A stretch of 64,000 nucleotides of DNA, from the NCBI RefSeq assembly GCF_000315625.1, contig NW_005434625.1, positions 203,726-267,725 on the forward strand, read 5' to 3'. A program made the position numbers and the translations under genes. Origin of the DNA: Guillardia theta CCMP2712. Taxonomy: Eukaryota > Protista > Cryptophyta. The notes beneath the pieces were generated by a model. The model was given only the letters and a program-made list of their open reading frames with translations, was not told the DNA's origin and did not search any database. The first letter of the stretch is position 1, and every line of letters begins with the position of its first letter. Positions 34,840 through 47,436 of this stretch are shown piece after piece.

Positions 34840-37688
34840 TCAACCGGCTGCATCAGCACCAGTTACTTCAGCATTTCTCAGGAATTCGGCGACTTCCATG
34901 TGAGAAAGTTCTCTAGCAAACGTCTCTGCCGTCCTCCCTTTCTTGTCTGTGATGGTAGCCAGCTCGGGATGCGATGACAGCAGCAAGCTGACAACCCTGA
35001 GGTGCCCTCGTCCTGCGGCATAGTGCAAGCAGGTCTTCTGGCTCTCGAAAGCCACAGCCGCGAAGAAGTCAGGAACTGCAGCATGCCGGCAGAGCTCCTC
35101 GATCACGCTGACTTGATCGTTGTCTGCGGCAAGGTGAAGGCACGTTCTCCCCTTCTCGTCTTTGTCTGCCAGGCGGTTAAGCTCCCCGCGCTTCTGCAAG
35201 TTCTCGATGAGTAACTTCGCACAGGCCAGGCGCCCGAACTTGCAGGCGAGCATGAGAGGAGTCTCGCCCTTCGAGCTGCGGAAGTGAATGTCTGCCTGCC
35301 TGTCGATCAGCAGCTGCATGCAAGCCACGTGCCCGTTCTGCGCAGTCAGCGAGATCGCAGTGTGCTCGTCGTTGGCAATGCTAACGTTGCAGCCAGAGTC
35401 AAGAAGAACCCCAACCATGCGCTTGTCCCCAGAGGACGCAGCTGCGAGCAGCGAGCTTCGGTCGACCTCAGAGCATTCCTCACCCGAGATTTCATCTTCA
35501 ACCTTGTAACCCAAGAAGCGGCAGACATTCAGAGCCGCTCGCCGGACCTCGTCTTCGTCGGCCCGAGACGCCTTCTTCGTGTAATAATCCTCCCACATGT
35601 TCCCTGCGATGAGCATCCGGACGTCGAAGAGCGACATCTCACTGATGTTTGCTGGCGTCACTCCCTTGGTGTGCTTCCAGAAGTGCAGCTTGCTCATGGC
35701 CGCCGAGTGCAGGTGAGAGAGCTCGTCGACCTTCTGCCGGAAGAAAATCTCCATGTTGAAAGATGCCACCGGCTTCTGCTCGTGTGCCACCCTGAAGTCG
35801 CAGCACTCCTGGAGGATCTGGTCGATGACTTTCTTGCTGTTCTCCTGGTCCCTGAAGAACCTGTCTGCGCTCGGCAGGTCCTCCACCTGGGCATGCAGAT
35901 CTCTCTCGATCTCCTGGACCACAAAGTCCAGCGACTGCAAGTAGAGGAACTTGCGCTTCCCCTCCACGTACTCCCGGGCCGTGCTCTTCAGGTTGATGTT
36001 GACCCGCACTGAGATCATGATCACCTCATTCGTCTGGATCAGCTCTGTCCTCAGAGGGCCGATGATCTCCAGGTTGGACAGGGGAGGATACAGGATCTCG
36101 TTCTCTGCCGGGTACTGGGACAACCAGGCCACCTGCCCCAGCAAAGTTAGCCAAGGATTCGCCGATGCTCCTCTCGCACTCACATCTGCTCCTCGGTCGA
36201 TCTGCCCGACCTCCATCTCGAGGATCTTCGGGGAGACATCATGTTTGAGCTGAAGGTACTGGATCGCTACTTCCTTTCTTGTAGTCGTCGACATGAAGGC
36301 AGGCTCAACCGCTCCCCGGAACCCGAGATGGTCCGAAGATACCATGAAGACAGGGAGCTTCACGTTGGCGAGCCCTCTGTACACCTTGCGATTTGGCGGG
36401 AGAGAGGAGAGCTTCGAAAGTTTGAGAATCCCCGACGCTATCATTCGAATTGTGGTGACATAGTTCATTTTCTTCCTCACACTTCGTCTGTGTTCCGGCA
36501 CTGCTGTGTCAGACCCCTCCACACACGGCAGCGCAGCTCATCACCTGGAGGGACTGGAGCTCTTGTGCTTGCTGAGGTAATCCCTGCAGATTCGTCGAGT
36601 CAGGACATAAGGAGGAGGTGAAAACCAGGACACCTCAGCGACTCGTTGTACAGCATATACATCGGTCCTGTGTAAAGCCTGAGGCCAATGAGCTCTTCCT
36701 TGGTGAGCTTCGAGCTCTTGTACTCGTCTCTCTCCATCAGCTCCCCGAGGCTTATCCTCGTCCTGCAGTCAGCACCCTCTCCCTCCCCCGAGTAGGTCGA
36801 CGTAGGGTCAGGATCCACCACAAACTTCCACTCGTTCAAGGGAGTCGTGGTATCCTTCAAGTGCCCCGCACAGAACACATCGTGTACGTTGTGTTCTGCC
36901 TTCATCGCCTCAAACACATCTTTGTTCGGCAAGCCGATCATGTTATCAATCCCCTCCAGGAAGGTATCTGACTCGAGAAAGATTCCTTCTGCGTTCTGTT
37001 CATCGTTGGCCAGGAACTTGGAGGTGTTCAACTTCCCTGTCTGCCACCCTTTCCTCCTCTCCTCGTAGTAGTCCGTCATTCTGCCTTGGATCTTCTCAGC
37101 TATCACAGCTCCCAAACCAGCCATGGACTCAGCAAGGTCTCCCTTGGACCGGCGCCTCAAACTCTCTATCGGGTCATCGTCCACTGAGAAGTCGCCTGCG
37201 ACCTGCTCGGCAATGATCTGACCCAACGGTAGTTTGTCGAGGAAGTGAGCCAGACGACGCAGATATCGCCTCCTCTTCAAACACTCGATGAACTCCTTGA
37301 AATCGATAGAGTTGTTCTTGTTTGAATCGAAGTAGTCGAACAGAACCCCGATCTCCGCGTCGTTGAGGATCTTGGCATTCTGGTTAAGATACTTTTTGAA
37401 CTCTTCCCTTGTCAAGTCTGCACTGGAGTCGAAGTCAATGTTGTCAAACCACGTCGTGATGTCCTTCCCGCATGAAGCAAAGGCGTCATACTGATCTAGA
37501 AGATATTCGACATCGTTTTCTTTCGATGAACTTGGCGTCGCTGGTATCACAGACGAGTCAGACGAGCTTGCCCGGTTGAAGCCTAATGAACTGACGACAT
37601 TGTTGAGGACCCGCTCTTGCTGCTGTAAGATGAATTGAGCTTGATTTAGGAAGCCAAGCCTCTTCGGCGTCTCTTGGACCGACTTCAT
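34840..37688 (-). CDS. EF-hand + R-S-E-type mono-ADP-ribosyltransferase + ankyrin-repeat protein
   Basis: EF loops DFDSSADLTREE and DSNKNNSIDFKE. ART motifs LRLYTGP..YN, KVYRG, FMSTT and SQYPAENEILYPP (after removing a 51-nt in-frame intron). Ankyrins GETPLMLAC, GRTCLHLAA and TCLHYAAGRG. The two long ORFs join through short introns near 36500-36630. Confidence 0.85.
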
Positions 37689-38544
37689 CTCAAGATTTTA
37701 GTTTTCCAGATTTACAATCAAAGCGTTGACACGGGATAGCTAAAGGATGTTGACAGTTTGTTCACGATGATGCGTACAGACTGCACAAGAAATGAAGCCA
37801 ACAAATCATCCAAGGAGATTGTCTCTTCTTCTTCGTCTCCTTTGCCACTGGAAGCGATGTTATCTTTTCGACCGGTCTGAATCAGCTCCCCCCTCTCCCT
37901 CCCTACCGCATCCCCGCTGCTTCATCTCCTCACTTCCTCTTCTCCTCCTCTTCTCTTCTCCTCGTCGTCCTCTCCCCCCCATCTCGCCTCCTCTTGCTCG
38001 CGTCCCAACCAAACGGCAACGCTCATTCCTGTACTCCAGCGACTCCCTCGTGACTACCCACCATATCCAATCAAAATTGGGGGTAGGGGTAGTCTTCGGG
38101 GCTGGGTGAGTCGCCCGACAGCCGACACTGAGCTGCCACTGAGAGTGAGGACTCTGAGGGCGGCTTGCTCGCACTACCAGGTCGAGGGAGTTGAGCGAAG
38201 AAATGGCGCGAAGTCCGGGACAGGCACCGGCAGGTGATGCAAGGAGACGCGTCGGCCCATGTCGCCTGGAAGATCGTTTCATCCGCTTCCCTCCTGTCTT
38301 ACCTCCTTCCCTTCTGTCGTCTGAGCAGAGATTGTCTCCACTGCTTTCCTGTTGCCTCAATTGCTTTCCTCGTTTCCTCCTTTCGTTCCCATAGCCTTAC
38401 CCCATACCCTCTGGATTCAATCGCTTGCCTGTTGTTCCCTGCCTGCTCGCACTGATAAGCTCATGCTCTCGGATTCTCGTGTTTGAGATGTCGCCATTGC
38501 TGTATGGCGAAGTCGTGACCGCAACATCTTGTAACAGGGCTGAA

Positions 38545-40968
38545 TCCTCACACGCATTTCCATCAAACCCTTCCTACCATGCATCAGCAACCCCCGTCTA
38601 GCACCAAGGGCGACAAAGAAGCTGCTGGGTGATAGGGGAGCTGCAAATGCCGACAGCACTGATCATGACTACAGTCTTGAATGGGGATCTCTGCTCAGAG
38701 ATGGGACCGTCCTGCTGAGGTTCTCAGATCATGAGGCCGTGAGTGTCGCGTCTGCATGTGGGGAGAGAGGCTGGCAGTGACGCTGCTCTCAGCTGATGCT
38801 CCATCCGCTTGGTTCGAGGTTTGTCATCGAGGTCATCCTTGCGCTTGACGGCAGAGCCCTGCACTCATGCGGTGCCTGCAGGACTCGAATGGAAGGAGGA
38901 GGAGCCACCTGTCAAGGTTCTCAACATCGACGACCCGCTCTAAGGTGTGCCAACTGACCTCTAGCTCGACGCTCTCTAAGCAGCATGCAAGCTCCGTTCA
39001 GCTGTCGACTTCCGGAACTTCTACTCTTCAGCAGAGCCGCGCTTGTGCCCTGAAGTAGTCTTTGACTCGGATCTGCACGTTATCTTTGAGGTCGCTTGAG
39101 CTTTCCGCAAGTTTTTCCTGTCGCTGATTCGGTTTGAAAAGGCGTCAACGGCTATTCAGATGCATCATTGGAGAACGAGAGATTATGATCAATTTGTAGA
39201 AATCCTGCAGGATGGCTCTCTGTCTCTTTCATCAGCTGACAAAATGGGAAGAATAGTGTTATCTTCTAACCTCAGGTCAGTTGATCACTGTGAAAGAGAT
39301 GCCGGACGCTGACTTGTTCTACTCAAACTCAAGAACGTTCACTGTGTACTATGCATCACCATTGCCATTCCCGGTAGTCAGTTCTAAACAAATTGCAAAC
39401 AGAAGATGGTATCTTCCTGATCTTTCGAACAAACGATGTGATTTTGGTCTTCAGTGAAGATATGTACCAAACGAAGAAAGTAGATCATATGTGGATAATT
39501 CGATCTTTCTCTACAGAAGCAGGAGAATATCCTCAATGCTGGCAAGATGTCTTGAATCTTGCTATCAACATTTTCAAGCAGAATAAGCAACGTAGCTTGC
39601 TTGAGTGAATATTCGTGTTCTTTGAGAGCTTGAATGTAGCAGATGATTCTTGTGAGAAGACTTGGGACTCAAAATGGATGTCGTCTATGCCGCAACAGGT
39701 AATTCATATGAGCAGCCAGTCAAAGAATTTAGGTCTGAAATCTCTACTTTCTAAGGTCCAAGAAATCAGCACAACTGCATCTGAATCAACGGGCATGTTT
39801 CGGGACAACTCCCTGCTCTCAGCGTAATTTTTCTTCTTATGATACAGACAACACTTATTGTAGAGAAGTGCTAGATTTCAAGGTTGCAGCTTGTTGTCGA
39901 AGGTTGAGTGGACCCCCGACTACCTCCTGCGGTATCTAGGTTGCGAAAAGTTTGGATTTTTCATTTGTCTTTCTTATTGTGTTTCCCAGACAACAAGAAA
40001 ATCGTAGAGATTACTTGTTTTGAGAGCTCGAAGACTTTCATTCTCACAGAATGTGGAGAATTCTTGCAAGAGATCGTTGGCTTGACAACTGTATCAACAT
40101 ACGTGGGGAACATCTGTCATCTTGCAAACAAGTACAAAGATTTCTCTCTGGAGGAACATGACATCGAGGCTGTAAAAGCTGCTCTCCCGCGGGAGATCCA
40201 ACTGGACATTTTGCTTCGTGCTAGCAACTTACTGCTGGAACATAAGAAATATTTTGCCAGCAATGCTTGTGTTTCTTCTCAACTTGGTACGTCAATCAAA
40301 AGCTGGAACTCAAGAAAAGAGACCGCTACCACGTCAAGCAAGCTCAAGATCGAATACTCCTCTGATGTGCATTGCGAATCAGAGGTAGATGGCATTGGAA
40401 GGTTCACCGCGTTTTGGTCCTTGCCTACTTGTGTTCTCTCACTTTAGCCTGACTTCATCTCCAGCGATGGCAGAGTGAGGGCTGTCTTTCGGGATAGGTG
40501 CGACTATCGTGAGAGAGGTCGGTCGCGAGGTCGATTGACATGACAAAGGTGCATCGGAGAGCTTGAGGCGACCAGGCAACATTGTCGTTTTGTTCTTCCA
40601 AGTGGGAGGGTAAAAAAGCAGGAGCCTCCAGAGTCGGTCTTGATCATCTTTCGAGCAGCAGGTAGATGTGAACGTCCGGGACCCTTTCGAGCTGGACGGC
40701 TATGTCTCCCTTCTGCAGCAGGTTTGAGTTGGCATGCCCTACAAGCACACTGACAGTGTGAGTCTAGTACTCGGAATGGGCCTTCCTCTCTGAAAACCAG
40801 CGTTACGAGCTTCACGAGGAGCAGGTGCTTTCCTGCTTGCTTTTAGTCACCTTTTCCGTTGCGATGACCATGACGAATCCTTGATAGAGGCGGAAGCAAA
40901 TCATGGTGGAGCAAGAGCTTCGCAAGATTCATATGTTTACAACTTCTAGGAGGCTTATCAACAATTAA
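38545..40968 (+). CDS. Multi-exon protein, C5orf34-like (tentative); start uncertain
   Basis: LLRDGTVLLRFSD..LMLHPLGS near the N-terminus, EVDGIGRFTAF|SDGRVRAVFRDR, and terminal VEQELRKIHMF...* recall C5orf34-family blocks (from memory). Confidence 0.5.
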
Positions 40969-41002
40969 AACTTCAAAGATGTCCTCTTCCTATCCGAACG
41001 CT

Positions 41003-41689
41003 TCAATCTGCATGAACATGATATGCTCTGAAAATCTCGAACTGAGGATCAGGATCCGGGGAGATGGCGCGGGGATCTCTTTCTCTGCCAGCAGCTCTTG
41101 ATGCTTGCCCAACGGTCGAGTTGTCCCGGGCAATCGAGGCTATCAGAGGAGCCTTGGCCTCAGCCTCAGGTGGGTTCGTCGCATAGTTGAGATGTTGCTT
41201 GAGAGAGATAGAAACCTCTCCACACACCCCTCCTCCCCCTCCCCCTCCCCCTTCAGCCTCCCCAAGACCATGTTGAGGATTAGCCTCCGGCTCTGCCCCG
41301 TTTCCGTGCACCTCGCGCTTCTCAAGTTGCTTGTACGTGATGTGGTCGCGGGGCACGGCGTTGACGGTGGTGAAGGAGGAGCTCTTACCCGCGTGCAAGA
41401 TGGTCTCAGCACGTTTGAGGTAGTTGAAGCACTGCATGTGCTTCTGCTGGAACGCCAGCTGGCTCGGGCTGTGCCCATCGCGATTTCGAATCAAGACCTT
41501 TGCGCCATACTGCAGCAAGTACGAGCAAGACTTCATGTCGCCGAGGAGCGCCGCCAGGTGTAATGGCGCGTTCCCGTTGTGGTCTTGCTGGTTGATGTTG
41601 ACATCCATCGCCTCATGGTTAAGAATCTGTCTCAGCTCTGCGTGATTTTGCCTTTCTACAGCTGCGTGTATGGGAAGCGGCTGATCCAC
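41003..41689 (-). CDS. Ankyrin-repeat protein; start uncertain
   Basis: PIHAAV, DHNGNAPLHLAALLG, NRDGHSPSQLA. Confidence 0.8.
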   Translation of the reverse strand: MDQPLPIHAAVERQNHAELRQILNHEAMDVNINQQDHNGNAPLHLAALLGDMKSCSYLLQYGAKVLIRNRDGHSPSQLAFQQKHMQCFNYLKRAETILHAGKSSSFTTVNAVPRDHITYKQLEKREVHGNGAEPEANPQHGLGEAEGGGGGGGGVCGEVSISLKQHLNYATNPPEAEAKAPLIASIARDNSTVGQASRAAGRERDPRAISPDPDPQFEIFRAYHVHAD

Positions 41690-42349
41690 GTTGTGTCAGC
41701 ACGGAGCGCAACCAGAGCAAAACAGGGACATTACCGCTGAAAGGTGCAGGGAGGGAAAATCATGACCGCAGCACACGCTGTAGTCTTGACCCATCACAGG
41801 CGTTGGACGTCGCTCAAGATCGTTTCGCCTGCCAGCATCAACGTCACACCCGGGGGCTCCCTGACCGCAAGATCTATCTACAAGTCAAACATGCGAGGAG
41901 AGGAGGTATCGAACACAGTCTGGGGGGCTTCTTGTTCTTGCTTCATTCCTCCTCTCCTCCTCTTCTTCCTCCCCTCACGTTCCCTGTCCCTTCTTGTTGA
42001 AATTACAACATCTTATCCGCAGCATCATAATAACCTTTCGGGGCAAAATGTGTCCCTCCCATACTCAATTATTTGCCTCACATTTCAAATAGTGATAAAA
42101 CAGTATTTCGAATTTTGGACGAACCTGCTGTCTTGTGACTGCAATGCAGTCAATGCTGGTTGTCATATGAAGGATGAGATTTGGTCCGCGCACGTGGTTA
42201 CACCATGCAAGAATGACTCTTGTGATTTTATTGACAACAAAGCTGTGAATCGAGAGACTGAGAGAGGAAGTTTCATTGGGCTGTAAGACATGAATCGAAC
42301 AAACAGAATCAAACAACGCGCTGTTTGTTGAAGGAGAGGACGAGGAGGA

Positions 42350-43166
42350 GGGATCAGGGCAGACAGGAGAGAGTCGAACAAGAACCAAGGTATGCGAGTA
42401 GGGATGCGGGGACAGCAGATCCAGGGCCTTGCCCGTTGCGGGAGCTTCACTTGAAAAATCCTGTGGAGGTGAAGGGAACAGGAGCTGTGGGCTTCTGCAG
42501 AACTTGCGAGTCAGAGGCATGGCAAACAGATAGGCTCCGTTCACCTGCAGGATGGTACTCATGATCCTCTTCTGTCGCTCCATGTCGTATCTAAGCTTCT
42601 TGATCGCGCTCTCTTCCCTGGTACACGTCACACGCCGACGGAGGGCCTCGAAGACTCACTGATAATCTTTGTATCTGCTCCATTGGTCGTTACCAGTATG
42701 AGACATGTCCCGGTTTTCTTGTCTGCATCCGGGCGTCAGAGAGAAACATGCTAGCATTGCGCTGCATCACGATAATCTCATGCTCTTCACAATCTTGTTC
42801 ATCCTGGACATTGCCGGATCCTATCACACCATGAGAAAATGAATACAATGCATCTCAAGGACTCACAGAGTTTCGATCTACAAACCCAAAGCGATCTCTC
42901 AGCGCTCCTCCCTGGCCTCAGTGTCACTGCTGAGTACGGAGGAGCAGGGCGAGCAGTAGGATGAAGGATTGAGAGGAAATATGATCATTGTAGGGACAGG
43001 AGGGTGGGAGTGATGAAAACAAGGAGACAGGAAGGGGAGAGGGAGAAAAGGAGGATATGACAAATCGAATTTGTCCCCCCTTCACCTGTAGCAATGCCGT
43101 TGGCGATCGGCCCATAACCACTAGAGCCACCAACACCCCACTGGAAAGCAGAGCTCCAAACCACAC
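42350..43166 (-). CDS. Hypothetical multi-exon protein with hydrophobic N-terminal segment
   Basis: WFGALLSSGVLVALVVMG then short exons (e.g. REESAIKKLRYDMERQKRIMSTILQ). Confidence 0.35.
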
Positions 43167-43440
43167 GGCGAGCTAGTGGGTTTAAAAAAATCAGATACGT
43201 TGCAGCTGCAAATTTTACATAGATGCTCTTTCCTCGAGACAGCTTTACAAATGAGAGGAACGGCGGATTTACCAACAAGATTGAAGCGAGATTGAAGATA
43301 TTCATCATGTTTATCAGGGGGAAACGGAATGCTGAGTCGAATGTACCACATTCGAGTGCGGGTTGAAACAAAGGCATGCATCCAAGCATGTACGTTAGGG
43401 GAGACACATACATACCGAGGAACTGAATGAGCGAGAGAGG

Positions 43441-43660
43441 CAGCAAGATAAGACATTGAGACATCAACAATCTAAGATATCGAGATATCAACAACAAGAC
43501 ATTGAGATGTCAACAACATAAGACATTGGGATATCAGCAACAAACGACATTGTGATATCAGCAACAAACGACATTGTGATATCAGCAACAAACGACATTG
43601 GGATATCAGCAACAAACGACATTGGGATATCAGCAACAAACGACATTGGGATATCAACAG
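43441..43660. repeat. 24-bp minisatellite (ggatatcagcaacaaacgacattg), ~5 near-perfect plus ~4 degenerate copies
   Basis: Direct tandem units with no spacers. Confidence 0.92.
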
Positions 43661-44068
43661 ATCTCGCATCGTGTATCGCTTATTAGCATCGGACGCCGCC
43701 CGCACCTTGGTATGCATCATGAAGAGCCGAATCGCTATCCTTGCCTACCCCACCCCCAAAGTTTCACAGTGTACCCATGTATTTGTCTAGGAAATAACCG
43801 GTATCGAGGGATACTAAAGTAGTACCCACCCTCATCAAGTATGATGCCTATTTGCAGTTCTTGGGGCAGCAATGGTCTTCTATCATTCTGCTAGCCATGT
43901 AAATCTGCTGTCTTCGCATCTCCCGCGGTTCGGACGCATGGTCAGGGGAAGCGGGGGAGGGAGGAACAAGCAAACAAAGACGTTGGGGGAGGAGGAGGAA
44001 GCGGATGCCTTGATCTCATATCAGCATCATTGCATGATCCATGTACGTGGTGGAGCGTGACAGGAGCC

Positions 44069-44767
44069 ATGGATCTTGCAACAGACTCAGCGGTATCAGC
44101 CGTGGTTCCTCCTTGTCAACCGGACGGGGCCGCGAAATCTCTTGCGATGGCTGAAGAAACCATCTCCTACCTGCTGAACACTCGTGGGTATGACTTTGCA
44201 GGTGGTGGTGGCAGCGTCTTTGACTTAGGAGTTCTGACTGAGAGTTTTAGAGCGAGGCAGCACTCAAGAGGGAATAACCCACGTTCTGTTCGGTCAGAGC
44301 GCCCGGACATGCGCGGCCTGTCGCTCACTGCCGTCGGTTGTGACATGGTACCCGCCGTCCTCCTCAAAGACTCGAACAAAGTCGGAGAGCGGAAGCTCGG
44401 GGGGCAAGAACCTGAAGCGCAGGAGGAGGGAGCAACAAGACGACTGTACGTTGCACATCACAATCCCGGTGAGCTCGTCTTGCAAGCTGAGCAGCACGTG
44501 GCTGGGTCAGGCCTTGTCCTCTCTGCGGATGAAATATCGAAGCCGCTTCGAGCTGTTCAGCAGTGGGGAGAGCTCGAGCCTGGATGTGGAAGACCAACGC
44601 AGTCAAAGCTCGCCAACCAGGGATCACGTTTGCAGAACGGTCTTGATGACACTTTTATTATGAGATGTTCTCTTGACGCTTCTGCTCTGCAGGTGATCAC
44701 GATCGTAGTGGTTGACATGGGAAGAGATTTTTTGTTCTACGAGCTCGGCGACCACCTGGGCCTTTAA
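44069..44767 (+). CDS. Hypothetical protein
   Basis: ~230-codon ORF with ordinary composition; no motif recognised. Confidence 0.4.
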   Translation: MDLATDSAVSAVVPPCQPDGAAKSLAMAEETISYLLNTRGYDFAGGGGSVFDLGVLTESFRARQHSRGNNPRSVRSERPDMRGLSLTAVGCDMVPAVLLKDSNKVGERKLGGQEPEAQEEGATRRLYVAHHNPGELVLQAEQHVAGSGLVLSADEISKPLRAVQQWGELEPGCGRPTQSKLANQGSRLQNGLDDTFIMRCSLDASALQVITIVVVDMGRDFLFYELGDHLGL

Positions 44768-46073
44768 GGTTTCGAAAATGTGAATCGGTGCAGAACGAAG
44801 AAGTCGTTGTCCGGTCCTCTTTGCCTGCCTATGATAGATGGTGCGTCTGTCTGCTCAATTAAATCATCCTCACATTGTGTCTCTACATGTCCAAACCCTC
44901 AACCATGTATGTGCTGCAACAGTTGCAAATTCACAAGCAAGGATGCCTCACTAGGTCGGAGAAGCGATTGAACATACATTTACAGAAACATACACATAGC
45001 AAGATGAAACACCTCAATGTCTCGAAGACAAGATGGCTTCAGTACCTCACAACAAGAGAGAATGTCACTTCTTGGATGCTCAACAAGACTAGACGGTATT
45101 CCCGAAATCAGTGCACCCAGGATCGCTGCAAGAAATTCTGTGAGACTGTGCGATTATTCCCACCATAACATCTTCAACCACACATCATCTCATCACATTG
45201 ACACAAGGCCTGCCTTGCTCTTGCTCGCCAGTCCCTCCCTCCTCGCCAGTCCCTCCCTCCTCGCCAGTCCCTCCCTCCTCGCCATCGCCGCCACCTACAC
45301 ACCAACTTCGCGAACTACTTTGCGACTCTCCTCTTGCAGGCAGGGACGGGGCCGTGTAGATGATCTCTTGGGGTGGGGGTGGACTTAGGGGTGGGTACTT
45401 AAAGTAAAAAGCACGGGTAGATAGGGATAGATATTTTCAAAATAGGGGTTAGGGGAACTGTTCTCACGGGATATAAGAGGAGCAAAGTTGGTGTGAAGCG
45501 CAGGGAGTGGAGACAACGGAGGAGGAGGAGAGGAAGGAGGGGAGAGGGAGGGGAAGGAGGGGAGAGAAGGATAGGATGGAGATAGAGGAAGGTAGAGGAA
45601 AAGAGAAACAAGGGATGAATGAAGTACAGACGGTGCCAGTGTCCAACTGCAACACCGTCTTGAAAAAGCCGACATGTCGGAAGGGGCAGGATGAGTGGGA
45701 AAGAGACTGGGAATGGAAGTGAGGTCAAAGGAACTGGTTTCATCCTTCTGTGGATAATTTCAGACCATTGAGAGAGATTCGCTCAAGGTATGGGAATGAA
45801 GATGTAGGGAACGGGAGTGCTGGATTGAAAGTAAGATGTTGATTCGCATACGTACCTATGGGTGGCAAGCAAACAGAAAGTTTAGCTCACCGTGCCCTTG
45901 TGATTTCCAGATGCATTTTGATCATCTGATTGTAAGCTGAGCAGTGTGTGCTGCAGGAAGGCTCTCACTCGCTCTTGGACGAGGATTCAATTGGATTGGG
46001 GGAGGTATGCCAGAGGGCAGAGGATTTCCCTGACTGCATCCAACTGCCTGCATCGACACGTTCCACCCTTCCG

Positions 46074-47403
46074 ATGACATTCAAGCTGATTCTGGTGAGA
46101 TTGACTTGACTTGAACCCCCTGCCTTAGCTCTTCGCTCTCAGAAGATAGCCCTGGCTGCCCATCAGGCTGCCGTCGCCTGGTCATTCAGCCACCTTCCAC
46201 CATCTCACCTCACCCCAGCAAGGTAGATGTACCAGCCGAGTCTCTTTGAGTGAATCAGCTCATCTTCGGCAAACACAGCACAAGGAATGAGCGCATGCTT
46301 TGCCAACAGACTGCTCGTCGGCGGGATGCCGTCAGGTTCTTATTGGAGCTCCCTTGACCTTCTTGCCATGACTCTGTCGTCTCAGGCTATCGCAGCATCG
46401 TCATGAGACCAAGATGGTTGTACAAACTCAGCAAGACAACCCCGACAAGTTCGTCAGGTCTGCACGAGCTGTGTGTCAAGTGGGAGGAGGTGACAGGAGT
46501 GGCAAGGTCGACCAGGGCAACATCGACGCTCTTCCTGGTGGGCATGAGCTGAAGGAGTGAAGCTTTCGCTCTAGAGTCTCACTGCATGCTGCAGGTAGAA
46601 GACTTGACCACTGACGATGGGCTGCAACTGTGGGGGAAGGAGCTGCGGAACGCAAGGTCGGAGGAAGAGGAGGAGGAGGAGCTTGAGTTTTGATGGCTGT
46701 TGGTCGCAGGTCAAACTGGGTCAGCGACATCATGACAACAGGAAGATCGAGGGTCTTGAGCAAAGTCAGACTTTTTTCTGATTTGTGTACATGTGTCCCA
46801 TGCACCTGATGGTGATGGTGTATGTACATGTTCCCGCGTTATGCTCTGGGTCCACGTGATTTTTGTTGGTCTTCTCAGATTTCTGGTCGGCTCGCCATAT
46901 CGACGCTCTGGGCCAGTGCAGGTGAGATGGAGTGGGTCGATAGGATGTGCAAGTCGCTGAAAGAGGATTAGTTGCTGTGTTCTTCTCGCTGTCTCCTCAA
47001 GAGTGGAGGATTCAAGAAATCTTCGAGGTCCCCGGGTACTTCTCGTACTGCTGCGCCGCCTTCTTGTCTCACCAGCTGATGGACAGGTGGCCCCACGAGC
47101 TCGTCGGGGGATTTCTCGCCATTCTGCTTGTCTTCAGGACAGATCAGGTGGGCAGACTGGCGACAGTGAGATGGCGATGAGGGGAGGATGCGAAGAAGAG
47201 AACTGTGATGCGGACGCTGGTTGTCGCGTCGGGGTGAAAATTGAGCCTGTGGTTTGACAGGCGTACGATCGCTTCTGGGAAGGCAGACAGCAGTGGGCAA
47301 CTCTTGCTGGAGAACTGAGGTGAAGGAAGATGCGATCGAGGAGGACTTTGAAAGATCGGGGGAGATAGTTAGAGGAGGAGAGCTCCAACTCGGAGACCTG
47401 AAG

Positions 47404-47436
<33 letters not shown>

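Noticed and set aside
43441-43660. CRISPR-like array
   Set aside because: Contiguous tandem units without unique spacers, no cas genes, eukaryotic context.
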